DNA from: Micromonosporaceae bacterium
GTDB lineage: Bacteria; Actinomycetota; Actinomycetes; Mycobacteriales; Micromonosporaceae
Direction: 5' to 3'
Assembly: GCA_035649895.1 (NCBI GenBank)
Contig: DASRIS010000186.1
Span: 94 to 64,093, forward strand
Length of the DNA: 64,000 bases
Made by a program: the position numbers and the translations under genes. This document shows, piece after piece, positions 1-7,353 of this stretch. Below the pieces are notes generated by a model, which saw only the letters and a list, made by a program, of their open reading frames with translations, was not told where the DNA came from and did not search any database. Positions within the stretch are counted from its first letter, which is position 1; each line of letters opens with the position of its first letter.

Positions 1-980
1 AGGGACTGCGGCTGATGGACGCGGCGATGGCCGTGAAGCGTGGTGTGCCGGGTGCTGCGTTGCCCGAGCGTCGCGAGCGCCGGGTCCGGTCCGCGACCCG
101 GGTGCTGGACCGGCCGCTCGACGAGGTGCCGGCCCGATCGGATGTTGCCGTGGACAACTTCGTACCCGTGCCGCCGTTCTGGGGCGAGCGAATCGTGAAA
201 GGCATCCCGCTCGCGGACTACGCCGGCTACCTGGACGAGCGCGCCACCTTCCTCGGCCAGTGGGGTCTGCGCGGCTCCCGCGGCGGCACCGGGCCGTCCT
301 ATGAGGACCTCGTGGAGACCGAGGGCCGGCCGCGGCTGCGTTACTGGCTGGACCGGCTGGTCGCCGACCAGGTGCTGGAGGCGGCCGTGGTGTACGGCTA
401 CTTCCCCTGCTACAGCGAGGGCAACACCGTTGTGGTGCTGGACGAGAACGGGCACGCGGAGCGGGCGCGCTTCGAGTTCCCGCGGCAGCGGCGGGACCGG
501 CGGCTGTGCATCGCCGACTTCTTCCGGCCATCTACTCCGGACGGTGACCGGGACGTGATCGCGTTCCAGCTCGTGACCGTTGGGCAGCCGGTGAGCGAGT
601 ACACGGCGAAGCTGTTCGCGCGGAACGCGTACCGGGACTACCTTGAGGTGCACGGGCTGTCGGTGCAGCTGACCGAGGCGCTGGCCGAGTACTGGCACCG
701 TCGGGTGCGCAGCGAGCTGGCGCTGCCGGACGGGTCCACTGTGGCCGGCGACGACCCGGCCGACCTCGCCGGCATCCTGCGTACGGAGTACCGCGGCTGC
801 CGCTACTCGTTCGGCTACCCGGCCTGTCCTGACCTGGAGGACCGGGCGAAGGTAGCTGCGCTGCTCGACTCCGAGCGGGTCGGGGTGACCCTGTCCGAGG
901 AGTTCCAGCTGCACCCGGAGCAGTCAACGGACGCCCTGATCGTCCACCACCCGGAGGCGAACTACTTCAACGCCAAATGA
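1..980 (+). CDS. metH: Cobalamin-dependent methionine synthase, C-terminal AdoMet-binding reactivation domain; 5' end lies outside the window
   Basis: Frame is open from nt 3. Contains VPVPPFWGERIV, ERATFLGQWGL, YGYFPC, RYSFGYPACPDLEDR and ends HHPEANYF, typical of the MetH activation domain. Stop at 978-980. Confidence 0.85.
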   Translation, partial: GLRLMDAAMAVKRGVPGAALPERRERRVRSATRVLDRPLDEVPARSDVAVDNFVPVPPFWGERIVKGIPLADYAGYLDERATFLGQWGLRGSRGGTGPSYEDLVETEGRPRLRYWLDRLVADQVLEAAVVYGYFPCYSEGNTVVVLDENGHAERARFEFPRQRRDRRLCIADFFRPSTPDGDRDVIAFQLVTVGQPVSEYTAKLFARNAYRDYLEVHGLSVQLTEALAEYWHRRVRSELALPDGSTVAGDDPADLAGILRTEYRGCRYSFGYPACPDLEDRAKVAALLDSERVGVTLSEEFQLHPEQSTDALIVHHPEANYFNAK

Positions 981-1188
981 CCGCGGGCGACTGGACAGCC
1001 CCTGACGTTGCTATGCCCAGCGTCAGTCGTGCCCAGGTGAGCATCCGGCAACCCTCCTCGCCGCACTGCGCACACCGGCCGGTGGTCCGGTGCGGGTCGG
1101 CCGGCTCGTCATGCTGGCGGATGACCTGCTGCGCAGCCCACTGGATGGCGTCTGGGTCGACCAGCCCATAGTCAACGGCGACAGGCAT
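967..1188 (-). CDS. Small hypothetical protein (73 aa) with a CAQCGEEGC cysteine motif
   Basis: ATG start and mostly G/C third codon positions. Its 3' end overlaps the metH stop by 14 nt. No family recognised. Confidence 0.35.
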   Translation of the reverse strand: MPVAVDYGLVDPDAIQWAAQQVIRQHDEPADPHRTTGRCAQCGEEGCRMLTWARLTLGIATSGAVQSPAVIWR

Positions 1189-1385
1189 GTGGGTACGGCC
1201 TTTCTCCCGGTGGGATGCATGAGCGCCCAGGCCTCGTCGGCACCGGCCGCCCGCGCGGCTGGGGGGCGGAGCGCGGCACCCCTACCGTGCCCAGTCGGTG
1301 ACGCTAGATGCGGCTCGCGCGGCGGCGTTGCAAAGCTGCAACACCCGCGCGCCGGGAGAGGCGCTTCCCGGCGGCGGACCGGGCG

Positions 1386-2582
1386 CTACGCCACGCCGAC
1401 CCGCTCAGCCAGGCCGTGCAGCTCCGCCCCCGGCCGGGCGCTCAACGCCCTGACGGTCTCTCTGACGAACCTCGACGCCCTGACCCGCTGGGGCGCGGTG
1501 CGCTCGCCGATCAGCAGCATGCGGGCCGCCTCTTTGCTGCGCCCAAGCCGCGCCAGGGCCCGGCCCGTGTCGATGTAGAACAGCGACTGCCGCGCCGCTA
1601 CCGGGATCAGCAGCGGGTTGGTCGTCCGGGCGATGGCGACCGCCTGACCCGGGTCGCCACCGTCGGTGTCCATGCTCACGCGCCAGATCCTGACGTTCGT
1701 CGGGCCGAAGTACAGGCAGTGCGTGTCCGTCTCGCCGGTGCGCCCGGCCAGCTGCCCAGCCTCGGTCAGGTGTGTGGTCGCATCCTGCCGCAGACCGCGG
1801 GCGGCGTAGGCACCGGCCAGATGCAGCATGCCGAGCATCTCCAGCGCCCCGGCCTGGTCGGTGTGCTCGTCCATCTCGACCGCGTGCCGGTCGGCCAGGT
1901 GCAGCGCCCGCCGGTACGACCCGCACGCCACGGCGGCGCGGGACAAGGTGAAGCCGGAGAAGCCGCGCAACGTGGGGTCTTCGACGGCATCCGCTGCCTG
2001 GTGACCAAGGCGGGCCGCCATCCAGCTCTCGGCGACGTAGCCGACGCTGGACAGGCAGACGAAGGCGTCGTAGGCGACCTGGACGAGCAGGCGCAGGGCC
2101 GGCTCGCGGTCTGGGCCATGGGTGAGCGCGTGCAGCCCGCGGATAAGGTCGGGTAGCAGCCGCAGGGCGCCCGCGTAGTCGCACCGCAGGCGCACGGCCT
2201 GCTCGGTATCCGCTAGCCGCCCCAGCTCCGGCAGCGGCCGGGCTGCACAGGTGGCCGGCTCGTCAAGCTCGGCGTCGATCAGTGCCTCGCGGACCTGGCC
2301 GACGCCGGCCAGCGCCGCGGCGACCTCAGGGTCAGCGGAGCCGGCCGGTACGCCCGCCAGCTCCGCCGTCGAGCACTCCAGGGCAGCGGCGATCTCCGCC
2401 AGCACGAACCGGTTGTCGGCACTGGTGATGCCGCGCTCGATGCGGCTCCACGTCGACGGGTCCAGGCCAGCGCGGCTGGCCGCGTACCGGATGCTCCACC
2501 CGCGTAGCTGGCGGCGCTGGGCAATCCGCTCGCCGATGCTCGTGTCCGGGTTGAGGCGTCGTCGTGCCATCGGTGCTCCCAA
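1386..2582 (-). CDS. XRE-family helix-turn-helix regulator with a ~320 aa helical (TPR-like) C-terminal domain
   Basis: N-terminus IGERIAQRRQLRGWSIRYAASRAGLDPSTWSRIERG is a classic Cro/C1 HTH. The long alpha-helical C-terminus ends in FGPTNVRIWRV. Alternative start at 2570. Confidence 0.8.
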   Translation of the reverse strand: MGAPMARRRLNPDTSIGERIAQRRQLRGWSIRYAASRAGLDPSTWSRIERGITSADNRFVLAEIAAALECSTAELAGVPAGSADPEVAAALAGVGQVREALIDAELDEPATCAARPLPELGRLADTEQAVRLRCDYAGALRLLPDLIRGLHALTHGPDREPALRLLVQVAYDAFVCLSSVGYVAESWMAARLGHQAADAVEDPTLRGFSGFTLSRAAVACGSYRRALHLADRHAVEMDEHTDQAGALEMLGMLHLAGAYAARGLRQDATTHLTEAGQLAGRTGETDTHCLYFGPTNVRIWRVSMDTDGGDPGQAVAIARTTNPLLIPVAARQSLFYIDTGRALARLGRSKEAARMLLIGERTAPQRVRASRFVRETVRALSARPGAELHGLAERVGVA

Positions 2583-2714
2583 GGTAGAGGACTTGGGCGG
2601 ACGACCGACCGGCCGCTACCCCGGCCGAGCCGCCTAGGCCAACGGTAGCGGGGCCGCATGCGCGTGGTTCAGTAACCACCCTCGACGCACGCCGTCGCGG
2701 CTGTCCCTGCTTCT

Positions 2715-5435
2715 TCATACGGCGAGGGCTATCGCAATGATCCCTGTTCCGAGTCCGACGAACAGGGTGTCGTCAACGGCGACGCAGCTGGTTGCTTGGT
2801 GGTGAACCAGGATGGTAATGATCAGTTCGCCGGTGGCCGGGTCCCACAGCCGTACCGTCCGGTCGGCGCTGGCGGAGGCGAGCAGGGTCCGTCCGCCCAC
2901 GCTGACCGTGCACACGCCGAGGACCAAGCTGGTGTGGCCGGTGAGGGTGTGTTCCAGGGTGCCGGTGGCCGGGTCCCACAGTCGTACCGTCTGGTCGGCG
3001 CTGGCGGAGGCGAGCAGGGTCCGTCCGCCCACGCTGACCGTGCACACTCCGTTGACCCCGCTGGTGTGGCCGGTGAGGGTGTGTTCCAGGGTGCCGGTGG
3101 CCGGGTCCCACAGCCGTACCGTCCGGTCGTCGCTGGCGGAGGCGAGCAGGGTCCGTCCGCCCACGCTGACCGTGCACACCCCGCGGACCCCGCCGGTGTG
3201 GCCGGTGAGGATGGCGTACTCGGTCCGGGGCCCGACGGCGGCCCACCTGCCGCGGTAGCGGGCGGGGTGGTCGGCGGCGACGGGTGCTCCGAGGCGGTCG
3301 AGGACGGTGGTGATGCTGAACTGCTCAACCCGCTCGCGGGGCGTGGCATCGGTCGCGAGCGAGGTCAGGCGCAGCAGCCGGGCACGGGTGTGACCGGCCG
3401 CGCTGGTGGCCTCGTCGGCCATGGGTATCAGGCGGGCTAGGTCGGCGTGCAGCAGGTAGGCATCGTCGGCCAGCAGCGTGTCGATGAGTCTGGCCTGCGC
3501 GGCGTGCAGGGGCAAGGAGCGCAGCAGGTACCCGTCGGCCGCGCCCCACCCGCCGCCGCGGCCGTGAGCCATGAACGCTTCAGCGACCGCCCGCTGCTGG
3601 GCGGGTAGGTCTGCGGTGTCCAGCAGGGTGTCGTTAAGGGCCTGGTGGAACAGCCGGTAGACCGGCTCGGGGCTGCCGGGGCTGGACTCGATGAGGAAGT
3701 TCGCCGCCGCCGAGGCGAGGAACTGGCTGAGCTGGCTGGTGGAGACCGGCTCACCGAGAGCGGCCAGGGCGACCTGCCACAGTGGCACGCTCAGCCCGGG
3801 GGCCTGGGCGTGGGCCAGCGCGGTGAACGCGGCCAACGTCCACGCCGGCCCGGTGGACGCCAGCCGCTGCAGGTACGTCCGCAGCGCCTGCGGCACGTCC
3901 TCGGGGAACGCCACCCGGTCCGGGTCGACCGCCACGGTGTCGTGCAGGCCGTGGGCGCGGGAGGCCAGGCCCGCGACGAGGAAGTTGCTCTGGGCCACCG
4001 CGGCGATCCGCGCGGCAACCGGTCGGGCCACCGCCGGGTCGGCGTACGGGTTACCGGGGCGTTCATCCCCGCGCAGCTGCAGGGTGGCCAGGGCGTACGC
4101 GGCCAGGTCGTCCGGTTCGAAGTACTCCGGGGTGTCCAGGTCAACCAGGGTGATGCCGCCGCCGAACGCGTCCAGCAGGCTCCCGCCGTGGTCGAAGCGG
4201 CGGGTGGCCACCAGGACCTGCGCCCCGACCTCGGCGCACCGCTGCGCGATAGGTAGCACGACCGAGGCGATGATGGTCCGCGCGTCAGCCGGCGTGGTGG
4301 CCTCGTCAAGGGCATCAAGGACCAGGTTGCAGGCCCGCCCCGGGCGCGCCGCCAGCCACTGGTACAGGCTCTCGGCCAGGTCCTCGACCCGGTTGGGCAG
4401 CCGCAGCGCCGCGGCCCGGGCGACCTCCTCGGCAACCTCCAGCGCGGTCTTGCCCTTGACGTGCACCGCGCAGGCCACCGACCCGACCGTGGCGCACACC
4501 TGTCCGTCGGCGGGCATCCGCCGGCGGAACTGCGCGTCGGCCGTTGTGACGACCCGGCCCAGCACCGCCGACTTGCCCACCCCCGGTGACCCGGTCACCA
4601 CCAGCACCCGCCGGTCCCGCGGCGGCGCGTCCAACCAGCCCACGATGCGGGTCAGTGCCGCCCGCCGCCCCTGGAACCGGTGCCCGCGCTCACTGCGCCG
4701 GGTCACCCCCCGCGCGCGGGGGTCCCAGTGCCGGTCCGCCTCCACGTCCGCGGCCAGGGTCCATCCCCACGCCGCGTGCGCGACCTCACCGGCGTCGTCG
4801 ACACGCCACCCGGCCAGCACCGACAGCTTCGCCTCGGGCAAGGCCAGGTCGGCGTGGTGCAAGGTGACCGCGGTCGCGTCCCCTTTGTGTGCACCCCCCG
4901 CCTGGGTCTGCCCGACCAGGCCGACCACCCGCTGGTAGCGCAGCGACCACACGCCGGTGCCGCTGAACCCCCGCTCCACCACATACCGGGACTCGGTGTC
5001 CAGCCGCACGTACCCGTCGGCCAGCACCGCCCCCACCCGCCCGTGCGCGTCGTTGCCCTTCGGGAAGCTGGCCGGGAACCCAAACGCCCACCAGGGGTGA
5101 CCGAGCAGGTGCGCCGGCTGCGGGCACAGTATCGGCGCCGGCATCACCCCCACCGGCTCGGCGAGCTCCAGCACCGCCACGTCGACCTCAGCGTCCCAGG
5201 CGACGATCCTGGCCACGCGCACCCGCGGCACCGGGACCAGGTTCGCCTTGCGGAACGCCACCTCCAGCTGCCCCGGCTCGTCGCGGTACCTTGCGACCAC
5301 GTGGTCGCAGGTCAACACCTGCGTCGCGGCCACCAGCACGCCGGACCCGACCGGGCTGGCCGACGACGGCGCGTAGATCGCGACCGTCCACGGGTCTCGA
5401 TCCAACCCGACCACCGTCGGTTCAGGCATGGTCAC
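2715..5435 (-). CDS. Trypsin-like serine protease / STAND (NACHT-like) P-loop NTPase / WD40-repeat fusion protein (bacterial NLR-like)
   Basis: 906 aa. Protease triad contexts: GSGVLVAATQVLTCDHVV (His), EVDVAVLEL (Asp), ERGFSGTGVW (Ser). FQGRRAALTRIVGWL precedes Walker A VTGSPGVGKSAV; Walker B is NLVLDALDEA. A helical region follows, then 44-aa WD40 units TGHTxxVxGVCTVSVGGRTLLASASxDxTVRLWDPATG. GTG start at 5435 (alternative ATG at 5429). Confidence 0.85.
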   Translation of the reverse strand: MTMPEPTVVGLDRDPWTVAIYAPSSASPVGSGVLVAATQVLTCDHVVARYRDEPGQLEVAFRKANLVPVPRVRVARIVAWDAEVDVAVLELAEPVGVMPAPILCPQPAHLLGHPWWAFGFPASFPKGNDAHGRVGAVLADGYVRLDTESRYVVERGFSGTGVWSLRYQRVVGLVGQTQAGGAHKGDATAVTLHHADLALPEAKLSVLAGWRVDDAGEVAHAAWGWTLAADVEADRHWDPRARGVTRRSERGHRFQGRRAALTRIVGWLDAPPRDRRVLVVTGSPGVGKSAVLGRVVTTADAQFRRRMPADGQVCATVGSVACAVHVKGKTALEVAEEVARAAALRLPNRVEDLAESLYQWLAARPGRACNLVLDALDEATTPADARTIIASVVLPIAQRCAEVGAQVLVATRRFDHGGSLLDAFGGGITLVDLDTPEYFEPDDLAAYALATLQLRGDERPGNPYADPAVARPVAARIAAVAQSNFLVAGLASRAHGLHDTVAVDPDRVAFPEDVPQALRTYLQRLASTGPAWTLAAFTALAHAQAPGLSVPLWQVALAALGEPVSTSQLSQFLASAAANFLIESSPGSPEPVYRLFHQALNDTLLDTADLPAQQRAVAEAFMAHGRGGGWGAADGYLLRSLPLHAAQARLIDTLLADDAYLLHADLARLIPMADEATSAAGHTRARLLRLTSLATDATPRERVEQFSITTVLDRLGAPVAADHPARYRGRWAAVGPRTEYAILTGHTGGVRGVCTVSVGGRTLLASASDDRTVRLWDPATGTLEHTLTGHTSGVNGVCTVSVGGRTLLASASADQTVRLWDPATGTLEHTLTGHTSLVLGVCTVSVGGRTLLASASADRTVRLWDPATGELIITILVHHQATSCVAVDDTLFVGLGTGIIAIALAV
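2814..3209 (-). repeat. Three tandem 132-bp (44-codon) WD40 units, about 95 % identical at the DNA level, inside the NLR-like gene
   Basis: In register 2829/2961/3093, adjacent units differ at 7 of 132 nt (first pair) and 7 of the first 111 nt (second pair). The differences cluster in codons 5, 6, 8, 26 and 28 of the unit. Confidence 0.9.
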
Positions 5436-5444
5436 CCGCCGATG

Positions 5445-5783
5445 TTACTGGTGCGGGGTGTCACCGGAACCGCCAGCCCGATCCGGCTGCCAGGACAGCG
5501 TCACCTCGAAGTTTCCCTCCGTCGCCGCCTTCGCCACGAACCAGTTCGCCGTCCCGGTCACCTTCACCCCGAACTTGACCTCCACCCCGTCCGGGCTCAA
5601 CGCCCGCACCTGCCCCAGGACCGCCCGCGCCGCCGCCACCGCCGGTGCGACCGCCTCCTGCACCCTCCCCGCGATCTCGTCAAGCCCGGCCGGAACGAAC
5701 CCCTCCACCGGCTCGACCTCAAACCGCACCGTGGTGTCGTCATCCACCTCGTACGTCACGACCTGCACCCCGGCCACCGGCAC
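5445..5783 (-). CDS. trypco2-like (CU044_2847-family-like) small protein, partner of the protease-STAND gene
   Basis: 112 aa. VVTYEVDDDTTVRFEVEP ... VEVKFGVKVTGTANWFVAKAATEGNFEVTLSW matches the family signature as I recall it. Its stop lies 9 nt upstream of the next gene's start on the same strand. GGGAGG SD; start at GTG 5783 or GTG 5777. Confidence 0.7.
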   Translation of the reverse strand: MPVAGVQVVTYEVDDDTTVRFEVEPVEGFVPAGLDEIAGRVQEAVAPAVAAARAVLGQVRALSPDGVEVKFGVKVTGTANWFVAKAATEGNFEVTLSWQPDRAGGSGDTPHQ

Positions 5784-5950
5784 ATCCTCCCTACCGAACG
5801 TCGCTCACTCGTTAGAGGTAACGCCTGGCATCCCTCGCCGAAACGCCCTCGCCGCCACGATCCAACCATCCGCGCGCAGCACAGCAGCGCACCGCAGTCC
5901 GGAACCACCCAGACTTCGACCGGCGGCTGGGCCTGTTCGCGGCCGAGGCG

Positions 5951-6196
5951 GTGGCGCACGCCACACGGAAGGAGGAGAGCGAGGAGTTCCTGCTGCTACA
6001 CGGTGCGGTCGACGCCCACCGGCTGCGCCGGATGTCGGGCGCGCTGAAGGCGGCGGAGGCGGTGGCGCCGACCCGACCGCATGCCCGCGCACCTGAGCCA
6101 GCGACCGGTAACCTGCTGACCGGCGCGCCCATCGCGATCTTCGACCGGGTCCGGGACGCCGTGCGGGACTGGCGTGACAAGAACCCGGACGACTGA
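5951..6196 (+). CDS. Hypothetical ORF, possibly a remnant of a longer gene
   Basis: The frame is open from 5822 to 6196 with G/C-rich third positions, but the first usable start is GTG 5951. No family recognised. Confidence 0.25.
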   Translation: MAHATRKEESEEFLLLHGAVDAHRLRRMSGALKAAEAVAPTRPHARAPEPATGNLLTGAPIAIFDRVRDAVRDWRDKNPDD

Positions 6197-6378
6197 TCCG
6201 TTGGCGCAAGCCCAGGGCCGGGGAAGATGAGCGGCGGCTCTGCCAGCGGAGACAGCGCCTGCGCGACTGCGTGATGGCGTACCAGCTCAGGCTCGGTCTG
6301 GTCCATTCTGGACCGGACCGGGCCAGCGAGCAGGATGTCCGCACTGGCTACGCCCGCCACCAACCGACGGGGGACACG

Positions 6379-6871
6379 ATGGACCGGGCTCCAGAGCCAC
6401 CAGACGGCGACGAGCGGGAGGTACTGCTGGGCTGGCTGGCCTTCCAACCGCGACGCGCTCGCCGCCAAGTGCGCGGGGATGACCGCCGACCAGCTGGTGC
6501 TCGCCTCCGCACCACCGTCGGACCTGTCCCTGCTCGGCCTGGTCCGGCACATGACCGAGATGGAGCGGGTCTACCTGGTCTACGCGCTCGGCGGCGGCGA
6601 CCTCAGCCTGGTCTACTGCACCGACGACGCCCCGGACGCCGACATCGTGGGCCTGGACCCGTCGATGTCCGGCCCGTCAGTCGAATGCTGGCACCAGGAG
6701 CGGGCCAGCGCCGACGCGCTGCTCGCCGCCTGCGGGTCGCTGGACACCGCAGGCGCGGGCAACCGCCGCTCGGTCCGGTGGAATCTGGTCAAGTTGATCC
6801 AGGAGTACGCCCGCCACAACGGCCACGCCGATATCGTCCGGGAGCGCATCGACGGCGCAACCGGCGAGTGA
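6379..6871 (+). pseudogene. DinB/DUF664 (mycothiol-transferase-like) gene interrupted by a 1-nt frameshift near 6448
   Basis: Frame 1 reads MDRAPEPPDGDEREVLLGWLAFQ up to 6447. Frame 2 continues RDALAAKCAGMTADQL ... LVRHMTEMERVY ... LIQEYARHNGHADIVRE. Joined, they give a normal ~164 aa DinB-fold protein. Confidence 0.7.
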
Positions 6872-6975
6872 GCCGGGAGAGGCCCTATCTCAGAGGCGAG
6901 AGCTGAAGCAGCCTCTCCGCTGGTGAGCGAGGAGGTAGTCCCCGTACGGTGCGGTCCTCGCGTCTGCCGCGCTCG

Positions 6976-7353
6976 TCAGGCCGCCGCCGGCGGTATCGAC
7001 CGAACCGCCCGGATCACGTCATCGATGTTGACCAGGTTCGTCTTGACCCGGCCGGCGAGCAATGACTCGATGGCGCGCCGGATCAACACTGACGCCGGGA
7101 CGCCCTCGGCCTCGGCCGCCTCCTCTAGGCGCCGGTTGAGGTCTTCGGGCAGGCGCAGCGAGCGGACCACGTTGAGCGGGGTTCCCGGGTCGCCTGGCGG
7201 GGGCAGCAGCAGTGCCAGCTCGGCCTCCTGCTCCGCCGTGCCGGGAACGGGCGTCAGGGAGTGCAGGAGGTCGTTGACCTGATCGGGGGTCATATCGCGC
7301 AGGTCGGGACTGGTCAGCGCGTCGCGGAACTGGCGAAACTCGGCGTTACTCAT
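6976..7353 (-). CDS. Ribbon-helix-helix (CopG/BrnA-like) antitoxin candidate
   Basis: VVRSLRLPEDLNRRLEEAAEAEGVPASVLIRRAIESLL is an RHH motif. The ATG at 7351-7353 overlaps the upstream gene's TGA (ATGA). An alternative ATG lies at 7365. Confidence 0.65.
   Translation of the reverse strand: MSNAEFRQFRDALTSPDLRDMTPDQVNDLLHSLTPVPGTAEQEAELALLLPPPGDPGTPLNVVRSLRLPEDLNRRLEEAAEAEGVPASVLIRRAIESLLAGRVKTNLVNIDDVIRAVRSIPPAAA

Noticed and set aside
967-1188. The 73-aa ORF as a secreted signalling propeptide for the XRE/helical-repeat regulator (RRNPP-type pair)
   Set aside because: It has no N-terminal signal peptide or hydrophobic leader. The idea rests on gene order alone.
2814-3209. Tandem repeats as a possible CRISPR or non-coding satellite array
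   Set aside because: The 132-bp period has no unique spacers, the units are in frame, and they encode canonical WD40 blades. I saw no CRISPR-like repeat-spacer structure anywhere in the window.
6440-6455. Programmed ribosomal frameshifting for the DinB gene (and likewise for the coiled-coil gene at about 8127)
   Set aside because: I saw no slippery heptamer or downstream structure. A simple indel or sequencing error is more parsimonious.
6876-6918. GGAGAGGC / GCCTCTCC inverted repeat between the convergent DinB and RHH genes as a terminator
   Set aside because: The stem is only 8 bp around a 27-nt loop, which is too weak to call without transcript data.
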